Source: Tubiluchus corallicola
Taxonomy: Eukaryota; Animalia; Priapulida
Assembly: GCA_030141605.1 (NCBI GenBank)
Contig: JAQGDQ010000435.1
Location: 15,354 to 79,353, forward strand
Direction: 5' to 3'
DNA length: 64,000 bases
Shown here: piece after piece, positions 48,521 to 60,532 of the stretch
How positions within the stretch are numbered: the stretch's first letter is position 1
How the letters are laid out: each line of letters opens with the position of its first letter
The notes under the pieces: generated by a model
Databases searched by the model: none
What the model saw: only the letters and a program-made list of their open reading frames with translations
Told to the model about the DNA's origin: nothing
Translations under genes and position numbers: made by a program

Positions 48521-48854
48521 ACAATTAATTATTTTGAAAATTATTTTTATTTGTAAATACAAGACAAAAGCTATCACTTAAAGCATCTTCTGTCACAGAA
48601 GCAGAACCTTACCTCAGTTTTGGACAAAAACGCTCACTAGTAAGTGATTAAGCATGTTAAAATACAATTGTTTCTTCTGAATGGGTACTTTTTAATTGGT
48701 AAACGTAATTGTCGCGACCATTGTTTGCGTCTGTGTGTATATGGGAGAAATTGAGGCAAGAACTGAAACTGTAGTTTCAATAGCTCGATATCTCTTATGG
48801 CGGCCTTTATCATAGACAATTACAGTGTAACAGATTTTGTACACTGTATCATGA

Positions 48855-49175
48855 AAAGGTGCGGACGGGATCTGGCTTCGGGATATATGGTTTAGAATCG
48901 GAGTTCGGTTCGCTAATTGAGTTCGAGGTCGGGATTTTTCGGAGTTCATGGTGAAGTGGTAGTGACGGGTTCTGGTTCGGAACCAAAAATTCGGGATCTA
49001 GGTTCCCGACCCCGAATATAATTATCAGTGGACCGAAATAAGAAAATTACAGCGAAATTATTTCGTTTTTCTCACACTTCCGCTATTTTAGTTCTAACCT
49101 ATTCATATTTTGGTACATAATTGCGACTTGGTATTCACCCAGCCGCGGTAAATTCAAGTGGTTTCGTCTACAGTA
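48855..49175. mobile_element. Second copy of the 38633 MITE-like family
   Basis: TTCGG arrays, GTTCCCGACCCCGAA, TGGTTTCGTCT. Confidence 0.55.
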
Positions 49176-49743
49176 AGCTACAGTTAGGCCTATTTCATTT
49201 TGCTAAGTAGACGTAGTGCACGTATTTGCTATGATTTTTATTAGAACGCATGATGCTTATGAGTTGTTACTGAGAAAGAAGGAAGAACTATTCATTGCTT
49301 GACAAGATTTTCATATAGGGAAAATATTCTAAAAATACGTTTACAAATTAAGTTTCTTACATGTCGCTTCACAAGCAGTTCAAATCAATAAGCCATTTAC
49401 TCACAGAAGCCTTGCCTGTGTTTGAAAAATGGCATTGTTTGTTTCGATGAAAGAAGAAAAGATATGGTTTTAGATATAGATTCAGTAGTAGAGAACAGTA
49501 GTAATTGTAGTACTAGTCAAATTGTGTCTAGTAAATAAACAAGGTAAAGAAATGACATGTTCCATGTATTTCAAAAGCAAGATTTTCACTGAAAATGCAA
49601 AGTTATTTATGTGATTGTTTAAAAAAATCCGCTATGAATTTCGTCAAATGCTGCAGATGCTTGTATATGGCAGGTTGTACAGTGTACACTGTCTAAAAAC
49701 AACCTGTGTATTTTTGAGAGCAAATAATAGCATTAAATCCCAA

Positions 49744-49883
49744 AAATATATTGGAGAAGAAAATGCTAATTACATCACGAAGTTTATTTACTTAAATGCT
49801 GGAAAGCAATTAAATATATTGGAGAAGAAAATGCTAATTACATCACGAAGTTTATTTACTTAAATACTGGAAAGCAATTAAAT
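49744..49883. repeat. 68-bp tandem duplication
   Basis: aaatatattggagaagaaaatgctaattacatcacgaag.. repeated with period 68 and one mismatch. Confidence 0.9.
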
Positions 49884-51484
49884 TTGCACTGACCAGTTCT
49901 GGCTAAATAGCTTGTGTATATATCAGCTAAAATGCAGAAGAAAGGCGTTCACAAAGGAAAATTCGCACCGACATCCAGCAATCTAAAGAACTGATTCGTG
50001 CATGAGACCAGTGAATAATCAAAATAATGGTAAAACTAAATTATACAGCTGAATTAAAGCGGAACATAACTCGAAGGGCTTAAAGCTCACTTCTAATTAT
50101 GAATGATCGTAAGCCCACAGACTTTGTAGACTCGATCCCTTTATTGGTCCAGATAATTAATAACATAATAACTCGATTATGTTACTGGTGATGATTACTT
50201 ATATTTGTATATAAATATAATTGATATAACTCGATATTGGACTTTTTTCAATAATTTTTAGAGAAACTAGGTGTCGAGCAGTTTGACCAAATTACAACGC
50301 TTATTCTGTAATAGGTTTAACAAAGACTTTACACAAGATAATCAAGTACATGACAATGAAAAAATATTAATTAACTTGTTGACCTTATTTTCGATACAAC
50401 TTATGTGATGAGCTTCTAGTTACAAATAACACCCATGTGCTTTAGATAATTTGCCACTTCAGTTTCAGGCATTACAAAAAAATTCTTGTAAAAGTGCATT
50501 AAACTGTTTTGTGAGCATAAAATTGCTTTAGTTTTCAGAAAATTCATTGTCCTTTCCACTTTGAATTATTAATCAACTGAATTAAATGAATTGTATTTCT
50601 ACGTGGCTCAAGGCAAAAAATAGTATTTAGAAGCATTGAGCCAAGCACAAAGAAAGGTCCCAAGTTAAGAAAGATTTGAGGAGGGACTTATCAGTTATCA
50701 CTTCATTTACTTCTTAAAAAAGATTTAAGGAAAGATTTATCCACTTCATTTAGACCTCTGCTTACGTTTCTTTTCTTTAGAGTGATAAAATAGTTGTCAT
50801 AGTGCTTTACCACTATTAAGCGAAAGCGAACGGACAACTTTACCACCAAACCCCAAATTCTGAAGGGAGTCAATGACGATTCAGGCGATTCACAATGGCT
50901 CTGCTCATATTTCTATCATGCTCGTGTACTTGATTTACCTTGATTTACAGGGTAAGATGACAGGACAAGAACGGCAGAAAACCTACGCGCGCGCGCACAC
51001 ACACACACGCACGCACAAATGAAACTGCGAAATGACATAAAATCTGAGATTACACTCAACCTCGTAACAATCTAACAAATGGCTTTCATCGAGAATTTTT
51101 ACTCAGTCAAAAATATTGGTTTCACTGCACGTAATAACGACTTGAGATCTACCTGAGAAGCAGACTCTCTTGTGATAACAGCACAGACACGCAAACTCTA
51201 GTTAGTAAATACCACGCAGATGTAAGTGTGCTAAAGCTGGAATAATAGAATAGCATGAATAGACCTATATTGCATACAAAAGTAAATATAATTGAGTGTT
51301 GAATGCGATATTGTTTAGTTGCATGTACTGACTATTGCAACACATTGTGCATTCCATACTACGTTAACGAGTAAAATAATATGGTTGTTGCTACTGCTTG
51401 TATATCAAACAAGAATATCTAGTCTTCAATTAAGGGCGAGGAATAGTCAAGTGGTCAATGTTCTGCTACCGAAGTTAAGCAACA

Positions 51485-51700
51485 CGGAGGCTAGTCAGTG
51501 AATAGGTGAGTGATCGCAGGTTCAATATTTACTCGGGGGATGGGTTCATCCACTACGTTGATTCTGGCAGTTGAGGCGGGATCTATACACATCCCGTACG
51601 TCGCTGAACTAACCTGCCAGTTCAGTATCTCATCATAATAGGAGAAATTTCCGTTTTCCCACAATCAAGTAGGGCTTTTCATTGGATGCTGGATTCCTGT
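51485..51700 (+). mobile_element. Probable tRNA-derived SINE
   Basis: B-box-like GCAGGTTCAATA at ~51516 followed by a GC-richer, self-complementary body. Confidence 0.4.
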
Positions 51701-53715
51701 TTACAGACTGTCATACTGCACAAAAAGAAATTTTATTTTTTATGTAATATGGCACTCTGTAAAAATTTGTCTCAAAACATGCAAATATTCATCTTGTTGT
51801 GAGATATTACCACTATTCCCTGCAAATAAGGGCTTATTGTATTGTTATGAATTTATTTTAGAATGTTAAATCATTCATTAGGAAAATAAAATTGAAATCA
51901 ATTAATGAATAATTAGCATCTGAACGAAGATTATTCCGTTCAGGGAAAATGACTCACCCAGCTTATATCTTGAATTTAATGTACGCATGAAAACATTTCG
52001 GACAACTGATTAATAATGGAAAATAAAGTAATAAGCAAATTAAGATGTATCCACAGAATGAACTCCATGAAATTTAAGAGGCGGTTGGCCTATATTGATT
52101 CGGAAGCGTATGAAATTTAAGAAGTAATTTGAAGCTCGTTATCAGAGTCCACGGGGCAGCCTAGCTAAATAACAGGTGGTACCCCATTGTTCATGATTAA
52201 GAACACGGATGTCCGAACTCATTGTGTGACAAGAGACAACCAGCTCCGAACCAATTTAGTAAACGTTAATGAGGGCTGAAAATAGGGCTATGAATTTTGG
52301 AACAGTGACATTATGGGACCTTGTCCCACTGATAGTAAAGGTATCAAGGCATTGAGAAAGTCGAGATGCCTAGGTGGTCAAATCAGTAGAGCACACAGGA
52401 GTCAGAATGCTCTGATGACCAGCCACGGAGTGTGTCTTGACACATGACCAGAGATTCAAAAGGACAGTGCAAGAAGAATCGTGGCTGCTGTTGTCTTGAT
52501 TTTGGTCGATGTCAAGAAGGTGACGGGGTGGACTCTCAGCCAGGAAACTCTGAAGGTAGGAGATCGTTTCTATTGCTCAGCGTAGAGTGAACACCAACCA
52601 CTGAAGCTTAGGACGGTTCGTGATAGGAATAGGACTTGGCCAATTGAAGGAACTTATAAGATTGGCCAGTCCCCGAGTTAAGTAACCTTATACATTATAT
52701 AGTGTTGTCAAGTAATTCGTACTTAACTGTGGAAGACTGTATTTTACTGATTAAAGTCAATTTAACAGTTGTCCTAGAAACGTATAAGATTATATTGAAT
52801 TGTACAGGGACACTGCACTGACTGCAGTATGCATTTGATAAATGATTGTAAGCGCAATACGCGTAGATCTATTTGAATATGTCACTGTCAAACCGTCAAT
52901 ATATAAAATTTGTCTAATCAATAAACTTTGTATACCGTTGTCAATAGTGTGTTCACTTTGATTTGTGCGATCTAGTATCACTCAGAAATCTTGCAAACTC
53001 GTAGAGATGCTATCTGTCACTCGAACCTATCATAGATCATATTCATATTGAAACGGCTTATTGCCGAGCCCAGCTAGTAAACTAGGGAGATACAGATTTA
53101 CTTCACAACGCGTATTTCGTGGTCTGAGGTCGCTCTTGTATTCTTCATAGCCATTCTGATCCAGCCGAAGCTCCCGTAGTCGGGCAATTAATTAATTAAC
53201 ATTAATTGCCTAATTAGCGATCGTACTAACATTTCATAAGTTTGGGTAACAGTATCATTTTCAATAAAGATTTTAAATAATAATAATAATAATAATAACT
53301 GTCGTGAGAATGTTGTACAATTCTCATAAATTTTTGGAAGGTTTCTAATTAAGAGATTATAGGTAATTTCTGTTTTTTTTTTTCTTGTAAACTTTGTATT
53401 GGTGACTAATGTTATATGTTATTTTGTTAATTCTATAGCTTGTGGAAAAAATTGCATACATATTACTTAATGCTCAAGAATGGTCAATAATTCAAGAATT
53501 AGATATTTTCGTATGTCAGTCGTAGCATTTTGGCGTGAAAAACGTACCAGTTTCTTTTGAAATTCATAATCATATGTCTTTTAAGTACGGTCATTCTGTT
53601 AATGTTTATCTGTTCCCTTCTCAATTTGTAAAATTTATTGCGTCACTCATCTACAAGATCTAAAATTAAATTTTGAGCGTGAACATTTGAAAGAAGTGCC
53701 GCATAAACGACACAG

Positions 53716-53717
<2 letters not shown>

Positions 53718-53785
<68 letters not shown>

Positions 53786-53808
53786 GCACGCACGCACGCA
53801 CGCACACA
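53718..53808. repeat. (CA)n + (CACG)n microsatellite
   Basis: Direct reading. Confidence 0.97.
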
Positions 53809-55696
53809 GATATGTATATATATAACTAAATGAATAACTGCACATCACGCATCATGTTTTATTATTACTCTTTAAAAGTAGTCTCCTCTTTCAGCTCCAT
53901 TAGGCTTTTACAAAATAATTCGAAAGGCACGTGATACCTTGAAGTAAATCGCGGACAGAAAATGAAGCCACCCGTGAGTCCATTGTTGAGTTGATAAATG
54001 CTTAGTCGGCTTCATAGGAAATTTCTAGAGCGCAAAGAAAAAGTCATTCGCGATTGAGTGGAAATGCCAAAATTTGCGTTTAATAGCCATTTACATATAC
54101 AACTGCTACAAACAAATTTTATACACAATCCTTCTGTCATATTGCTTTCAAATTGACCGAAAGCACGTTGTCCTTCGCAGCCACACTTTCTCCTTCTCCC
54201 TTTTCTCTTCTTGCCTTTTTCTCTTCCCCTTCTCCTCATCATATTACTGTCTCATCATTAAATATACAACCGGAGCATGATGGGAAGTTTGTAAAATCAT
54301 TAAATTTTTGTGCAAGATGTTTTTACATGCAAACTAGAGCACGCTCTTTTGTAATTTATGACATCGAATGTTTGACGAATGCTTTTCGGGCACGTTAACG
54401 TCACGCACCATTCCAATTTAACATTTGCACTTTTTGGAATTAACGACTGAAAATGAAGATCTAAGATCACAAAAGGTAACATTTGTGGGAATAACAGGTC
54501 ACGGATAATTCAAGGCGATTCTAGGTAAGTTTGATCCCCTAGGCAAAAGTATTAAAAAAAATTAGGAGCCGTCCTCAACGGTCAACCCCTTCTCCAGACT
54601 ATGCACCCAACCCTCAAAACTGAATTTTTATTGGATATAACAAATTATAATGGTGCCTGTTTGTTAAGCTTATACATTTATTAATGTGTACTAATTAACT
54701 GTAGTTAATTACAGAATCTACAGGTAACTGTGTTGATTTCGTTTGAAATTGAATTTTTGTCCTCGTTGTGTCTGGGTCTTCAGGCGCAATAAAAATTTTT
54801 TCAATTTCTGCCACACACTCTTCTTTCATACTATTTGATAAATTTTCTCTCAGTCTTTTCAATTTTTGAAACACTGACGACTTTTCTTCGCATATATTTA
54901 TTTCACTAGTTTTGTTATCTTCGCAACAATAACGCTGGTCTGGTTGCAAATACTTCATTAGCGAATCTTTTTGCTGTTCAATGTCCACCAGCTTTTTTCC
55001 CTTTCGTTTCCTGCATTATGCTCCGGAAGGCTTTAGTTCGTATGGGTTTATCTGGAGTAATTAGATGTTGTTGCAAGAACCATTTAATAATATCGGAACG
55101 AGTCGTTACTTTCTCTGCTGCTCTATGCATACAATGAAAACTCTGGGGAAAGTAACGCGCCAGTAACATTTGCATGAAAGCCAGGTAAACCTGAACTAAA
55201 AAGTGCTTTGCTGCTAGAGAGAACTCTCTGATGGAAGAGAGTGTTAGCATCGATCAATCGTATATTTTGACAGGAAAATAACGCAAGTAGTTCGTTTCAT
55301 TTAACTAAAGTGTTGCGCAATGCTAAACTTCAAAATTAAAGAATTACTTGCACAATTTAGCACCTTAGCAACTGCCTAGTTTACCCAGTGGCAAAGATAG
55401 CCTGGGGGTGGTGGCGCTGCTGCAGTTCATGGTGCACGTAAATTTGATAGTCTCTCGTACGTTTTTGTACAAAAGTAGATTTTATATTCTGACAACATAA
55501 TTTTGGACCACGTATGCAGTTGACATTTATAGTGTTAGATCGTCTGTGCACTGGCAAGCTGTTCGTTTTACCGGCAGTCTGTATAATTTTGACAAATTGA
55601 TGATATTGCGGAGGCTTCGTTCAAGTTTTCCCGCCATTTGGAGCTTCACAAAGGAATTCGGTTACCGGTAAACACAGACATACACGAGCGTACAGA

Positions 55697-56259
55697 ATGA
55701 CTTCGACAAGCGATCACAACATTACCCTGGATGAGTTTCGACTGTTAAACCCAAAACAAAGAGAAAAAGTCAATAAAAGTGAATTACTGAGGCTACTATC
55801 AGAATCAGAAATGACACCGCAAGCAGAGTCAGGTCTCGAGGACAGCAGTAAAGGCACTGATCTAGAAAGTCAAGCAGCTATGGAAGCAAGGATTATTCAA
55901 CAGGTTAGGTTATTAATTTTTCCATTATCCAAGGAAATCTCTGAACTAAAGCAGCTCACAGATCAAGTTAAATCTAGCCAGGACTTTATAAGCAGCAAAT
56001 TTGACCAATTTAAAATGGAGACAGATGCTTTAAAAAAGACCACCAATGATCTTACTAAAAAATTAAACGAGCTAGAGAGAAAGCAGGATGATTTAGACCA
56101 GTATGGGCGACGGAACACCCTCATTATCTCCGGTATACCCCAAGCTAGTGATTATGAAAATACTGACGAAATTGTTTGTCAAGTAGGTCAAGCCCTCAAG
56201 GTGAACATCTGTAAAGAGGACATCTCGATCTCCCATCGATTGCCACGAAAAGAAAGTGC
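55697..56259 (+). mobile_element. LINE (CR1/L2-type) ORF1p, truncated by LTR insertion
   Basis: Coiled coil followed by LDQYGRRNTLIISGIP..ENTDEIV..DISISHRL (ORF1 RRM signature); similarity ends where TGTCACGG begins. Confidence 0.85.
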
Positions 56260-56868
56260 TGTCACGGATTCCCGTGATTGAATTCTACTCTACAGCATTG
56301 TAAACTAGTTTATTCCGGTTCTATAACCTTTGCAAATTTATCTAGAGTGATTCAATTAGGTTAACCTTGAGTTATTCATACGGGCTTCATTCCGAAGCTA
56401 TAAATTCCTTCGTCACCATTGTACAGGGGAGCATTTGACGGTTGCTTTTCCTACAAGCAGACGTCAAATGGTCCGCCTAATTCGTTAGGTGAATTTTTTT
56501 CCCCCTTTCTTTAATAGTTTTTTTTTTTGGTTATGTGCTGATATGTATCTATAAATAGGTTTACTGCTGTTATAAGAAGTAACTATGTAATTGCGACAAA
56601 TCTTGTGAATTGAATAAACTTTATTTGGGTGGCCACTCCTTTTAAACCAATGGTTATGCGGTTTTTGTTAGTCAAAATTTAGTCTAAATTATGTTTTTCA
56701 CTAACAGCAAATCATTCTAATTATCAACTCGTAGACTTAAGCGTTATGCACCTTTCTCTATAAAAAAAAAAATACACTAGACTATATACACTTCCACGTA
56801 ATTGTTTAACTAAGAACCAGGCCGACGTCTCTCCCACAAAACTTATGAAAAAATGAGCATTTTTCACA
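56260..56868 (+). mobile_element. Tentative 5' LTR of the BEL/Pao element
   Basis: TGTCA..TCACA ends, internal TATAAAT and AATAAA (56613), followed directly by the PBS-like TGGTGCC (56869); the 3' end is uncertain without the second LTR. Confidence 0.45.
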
Positions 56869-57598
56869 TGGTGCCTCACACCGGTTTTGCTTAAATTAAA
56901 TCCGTAAATATTTGAAGTGTGAGCACATGCTAGGCTGCTTAAATTTTGCGAATTTTGCTGCTGTCCAAAAAGTTCTTTGCCCTCGGGAGGGTGCTTCATA
57001 TTTCTTATAGTCAGCAGTTTTATAAATTATATGCGCTCGAGTCATTTAGTTTAGCGCTACTGATAGAAATAAGCTGACGTTGATAAGACCTGTAGAGAAG
57101 CGCAAGGCTTACTATAATAGTTAAGATATAACGCTATAACTTGAATCATACGTTTGTTGTATTTTTAATAGTAGCCTTTGGTATTGATTTTATGCTTCTC
57201 GTAAGGCACGTAATTTGTGATAGCAAAAGTAAATATTGTAATTTCTACCTTTTTATTTTCAGCCTAGCATAGTATATAGTCTGATAACATATTTTATTTT
57301 ACAGCTTACTTCGCTGACAAATTTTTTCTACAGGTTTACGAGTTTAACTAGGACGTTTTGCTGTACAGCTTAAATCTAGGTCATTTTTGTTTACAGCTGT
57401 AGCATAGCGTACCGGCTCCAAGGTCAAGGGCTGGAAAAGGTCGCAGCGTTTATACAGCACATAACTAACTAGTACTAGAAATATTCATTCTTATTTGATT
57501 GCGTATAGTTTGTGTACCTTTTAAGGTTTGATAAAATTGATTGATTGTTAAACGTGATTGTTCATCTTGTGTCCTAATCCTATTACTTTACAGCATAC

Positions 57599-60532
57599 AT
57601 GTCTATACAGACTCGTAGTAAAACGGCTAAGATGGAAAAAGCGTTAAAAAGTACATATGAATCAGGAGACGAACAACATCTTTCTGATACTGAAACTGAA
57701 TTTGAGGCAGAAACTTTGGATCAAACTTCATCTGTTGATCCGCTTCCCTCAGATGGTTATCAAGGGGTTAAACCTAAGAAGCCTGTTGTTACTGTCACTA
57801 CTACTGACACGCTAGCTTCGACGACAGCGGCTAAACCTGTAACTACGGGTACGGCTACAATTACTACTACAGCTATTCCTTTGCTGCCTACTTCGAATCC
57901 TGCAGCTGCGATGAAAATCGAACCCCAGCAAGTGGCGGCCAACGCTAGACTTTCTTCTTTTATGCTTATCCGAGCCAAACAAATTGAACAAATACACAAA
58001 GATGAACTAGAAGCCAACACTCTTATCTCAGCTTCTTCTAGTGTTATCTCACGAAACCCCAGTCAATATTTACAGCGGGTTAAAACTTGCATAGCCTCAC
58101 TCAAGGCCAGACTTCAGAAGATAGACCAATTGTCAGAATCGATCTTGCAACTATCGGACCCCCACTCTGTGCTTGAGCTTACTGCACGCTATACAGATGA
58201 AGACATCTTACTGTCTAACCAAGTGACTTCTCTGATTGCCCAATTAGACATTAAGACTGACAGTGACTTACGAACTAGCATCTCACCTCAGTCACCAACT
58301 CCATTTCATCAGTCATCATTCAGTTCACCGCATGCTTATAGTAGAATTCCTAAACTTGAGATTAAACCATTTAACGGAAATATACTTGAATGGCAAACCT
58401 TTTGGTCAATGTTTTCTGATGTTGTTGATTCTAATCCTGATCTATCTAAAGTTCAAAAATTTCAGCATTTAAAATCTAAACTTACAGGTGTTGCTGCTCG
58501 CGCAGTCGAGGGTTACATAGTTAATGATTCTAATTATTCTACTGTTATTGATTTATTGAAAGACAGGTTCGGCTGCCACGAAACGATTATTCAGCGGCAT
58601 CACAAGGAGTTGACACACCTAGAAAAGTGTGGTGATGGTTTAAAAAATTTACGCAGGTTTTTGGATAAAATCGAAGTTCATCTCAGATCCATTGAGAGTA
58701 CAGGTCGCAGCGTTGATAGTTCCTTTGTTGTACCGCTTATAGCCGAGAAACTTCCATATAAGGTGCTTTCGGCTATTCAAACGACAAAAGACATGACTAA
58801 GTCCAAATCGTGGTCAGTGGAAGAGTTACGTAATAGCTTGCGTGACTATGTGATACGACTGGAAGCTTTAGAAGAACAGCTTCACCGTCAACCTTCCACC
58901 CCTTCGTCATGGAAATCGGATCGTCCTAAGCCGGCTAGCACTACTAGAAATGACAGCGTGCTGCAGGCGGTGGATCGACCAGCTAATGCTGTTAAACGTC
59001 CAGGGAATTTCAACAGAGGTAAGCGCTCCTTTTGTATTTACTGCAAAAGTTCTGGACACTTTAATGATGACTGCGATGTTTATACAACTATTTGTGCTCG
59101 AAAATCTTTGCTAGTTAATCGTTGTTTGAAATGTTTAAATGATAGTCATTATTCTTCACAGTGTAAATCATCAGGATTTTGTGCATACTGCAAAGTTCCT
59201 GGTCACCACAGAAGCCTCTGTCCGAAGCGCTACCCTCAGGGCAATGTAGAACACAAGAAGTTATCCCAGCAACAATCTTCGAAGAAACCTTTACTGTCTC
59301 AGACAGCTTCCGAAAACGCTCTATACTCATCTGAAGAACGTGTTTTTCTGTTGACAGCTTCCTGCGTTCTTGGCAATCCTTTTTCGGGTGCCAAATTACC
59401 CACGCGCTGCTGGATGGATACAGGGAGTCAATGTTCTTACATGACAATGCAGTTTGCCCAACAGCTAGGTCTCAAGCTCAGTAAACTTGATCATCTCTAC
59501 CTTGGCACCTACGGCACTAATAGTGTGCAAAGAGTACCTTGCTATACTTCCAGAGTGAACATGCTTACCAAAGACAACAAAACTTTACCGATGGTAGTCC
59601 GTGTTGTTGAGACAATCTCTCCCGCCACTCATCGTCTAGTTTTGCCTAATGACATCTCAAATTACTTGAACCGTACTTATGGGCCATCTTTGGCTGACGA
59701 CTTCTGTAATACTGACGGCACTTTAACCCGAATTGATTTTCTCCTTGGCAACGACTATTTTTTCGAGATACTTAAACCATTAAAAATAGAAGTTATACCA
59801 GGATTTTATCTCTTTGATTCTCACCTTGGGTATATTCTTGGAGGCAGAATACCCAATTATCAAATCCTTGAAACTACACCGCCCCACAAATCCAGTCTTT
59901 TGTGCTTTGAACCAGGCGTGAGAACTGATGGTCTAGACGAGCCTCATAATTCTACTAATATTTTTGAAACAGTTTTTGCTAGCTTTGACCACCAAAATAA
60001 AAGCAAACCCATTGATGTTGATGTAGACAGGTTCTGGGAATTGGATACAATTGGCATTTCTGACTGTCCTACCAATTCCGGTGATGTGGAAGCGGAGAAA
60101 AATTTCAAAAACACTATAGAGTACAGAGAAGGAAGATATTACGTTTCATGGCCTTGGAGAAAGAGACAAGAGGTGCTACCAGATAATTATGCTCTGTCAA
60201 TTGGTATGTTAAAATCTTGTTTGCGCAGACTCTCCTCCAAACCAGAGTTGTTGGAGAAGTATCATGGTATTATTCAGGAACAACTTGGCAAGGGAATAAT
60301 CGAACTTGTGACAGATGACACTATCACAGGTAACACATTACATTATCTTCCTCACCACCCAGTGATAACACCACAGCGTGCTAGCACAAAGATACGTATT
60401 GTGTATAACGCATCAGCTAAAGCTAATAAGGCTAGTCCTTCTCTCAACGAATGTTTATATAGAGGAGCTGTACTTATGCCTGACCTATGTGGGATTTTAT
60501 TACGTTTCAGGATGCATCCGTATGCTATTTAG
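57599..60532 (+). CDS. BEL/Pao Gag-protease-RT N-part (ends at frameshift)
   Basis: 977-aa ORF: CIYC..H..C, CLKC..H..C, CAYC..H..C, WMDTGSQ, HYLPHHPV, LLRFR. Confidence 0.9.
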   Translation: MSIQTRSKTAKMEKALKSTYESGDEQHLSDTETEFEAETLDQTSSVDPLPSDGYQGVKPKKPVVTVTTTDTLASTTAAKPVTTGTATITTTAIPLLPTSNPAAAMKIEPQQVAANARLSSFMLIRAKQIEQIHKDELEANTLISASSSVISRNPSQYLQRVKTCIASLKARLQKIDQLSESILQLSDPHSVLELTARYTDEDILLSNQVTSLIAQLDIKTDSDLRTSISPQSPTPFHQSSFSSPHAYSRIPKLEIKPFNGNILEWQTFWSMFSDVVDSNPDLSKVQKFQHLKSKLTGVAARAVEGYIVNDSNYSTVIDLLKDRFGCHETIIQRHHKELTHLEKCGDGLKNLRRFLDKIEVHLRSIESTGRSVDSSFVVPLIAEKLPYKVLSAIQTTKDMTKSKSWSVEELRNSLRDYVIRLEALEEQLHRQPSTPSSWKSDRPKPASTTRNDSVLQAVDRPANAVKRPGNFNRGKRSFCIYCKSSGHFNDDCDVYTTICARKSLLVNRCLKCLNDSHYSSQCKSSGFCAYCKVPGHHRSLCPKRYPQGNVEHKKLSQQQSSKKPLLSQTASENALYSSEERVFLLTASCVLGNPFSGAKLPTRCWMDTGSQCSYMTMQFAQQLGLKLSKLDHLYLGTYGTNSVQRVPCYTSRVNMLTKDNKTLPMVVRVVETISPATHRLVLPNDISNYLNRTYGPSLADDFCNTDGTLTRIDFLLGNDYFFEILKPLKIEVIPGFYLFDSHLGYILGGRIPNYQILETTPPHKSSLLCFEPGVRTDGLDEPHNSTNIFETVFASFDHQNKSKPIDVDVDRFWELDTIGISDCPTNSGDVEAEKNFKNTIEYREGRYYVSWPWRKRQEVLPDNYALSIGMLKSCLRRLSSKPELLEKYHGIIQEQLGKGIIELVTDDTITGNTLHYLPHHPVITPQRASTKIRIVYNASAKANKASPSLNECLYRGAVLMPDLCGILLRFRMHPYAI

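Noticed and set aside
53666-54482. Cluster of short ORFs
   Set aside because: Derived from (CA)n and pyrimidine-rich low-complexity sequence; no domain signal.
60378-60530. N-terminus of the 1051-aa ORF as an independent pol start
   Set aside because: The first ~50 residues are out-of-frame text; homology starts at SDIEKAF after the frameshift.
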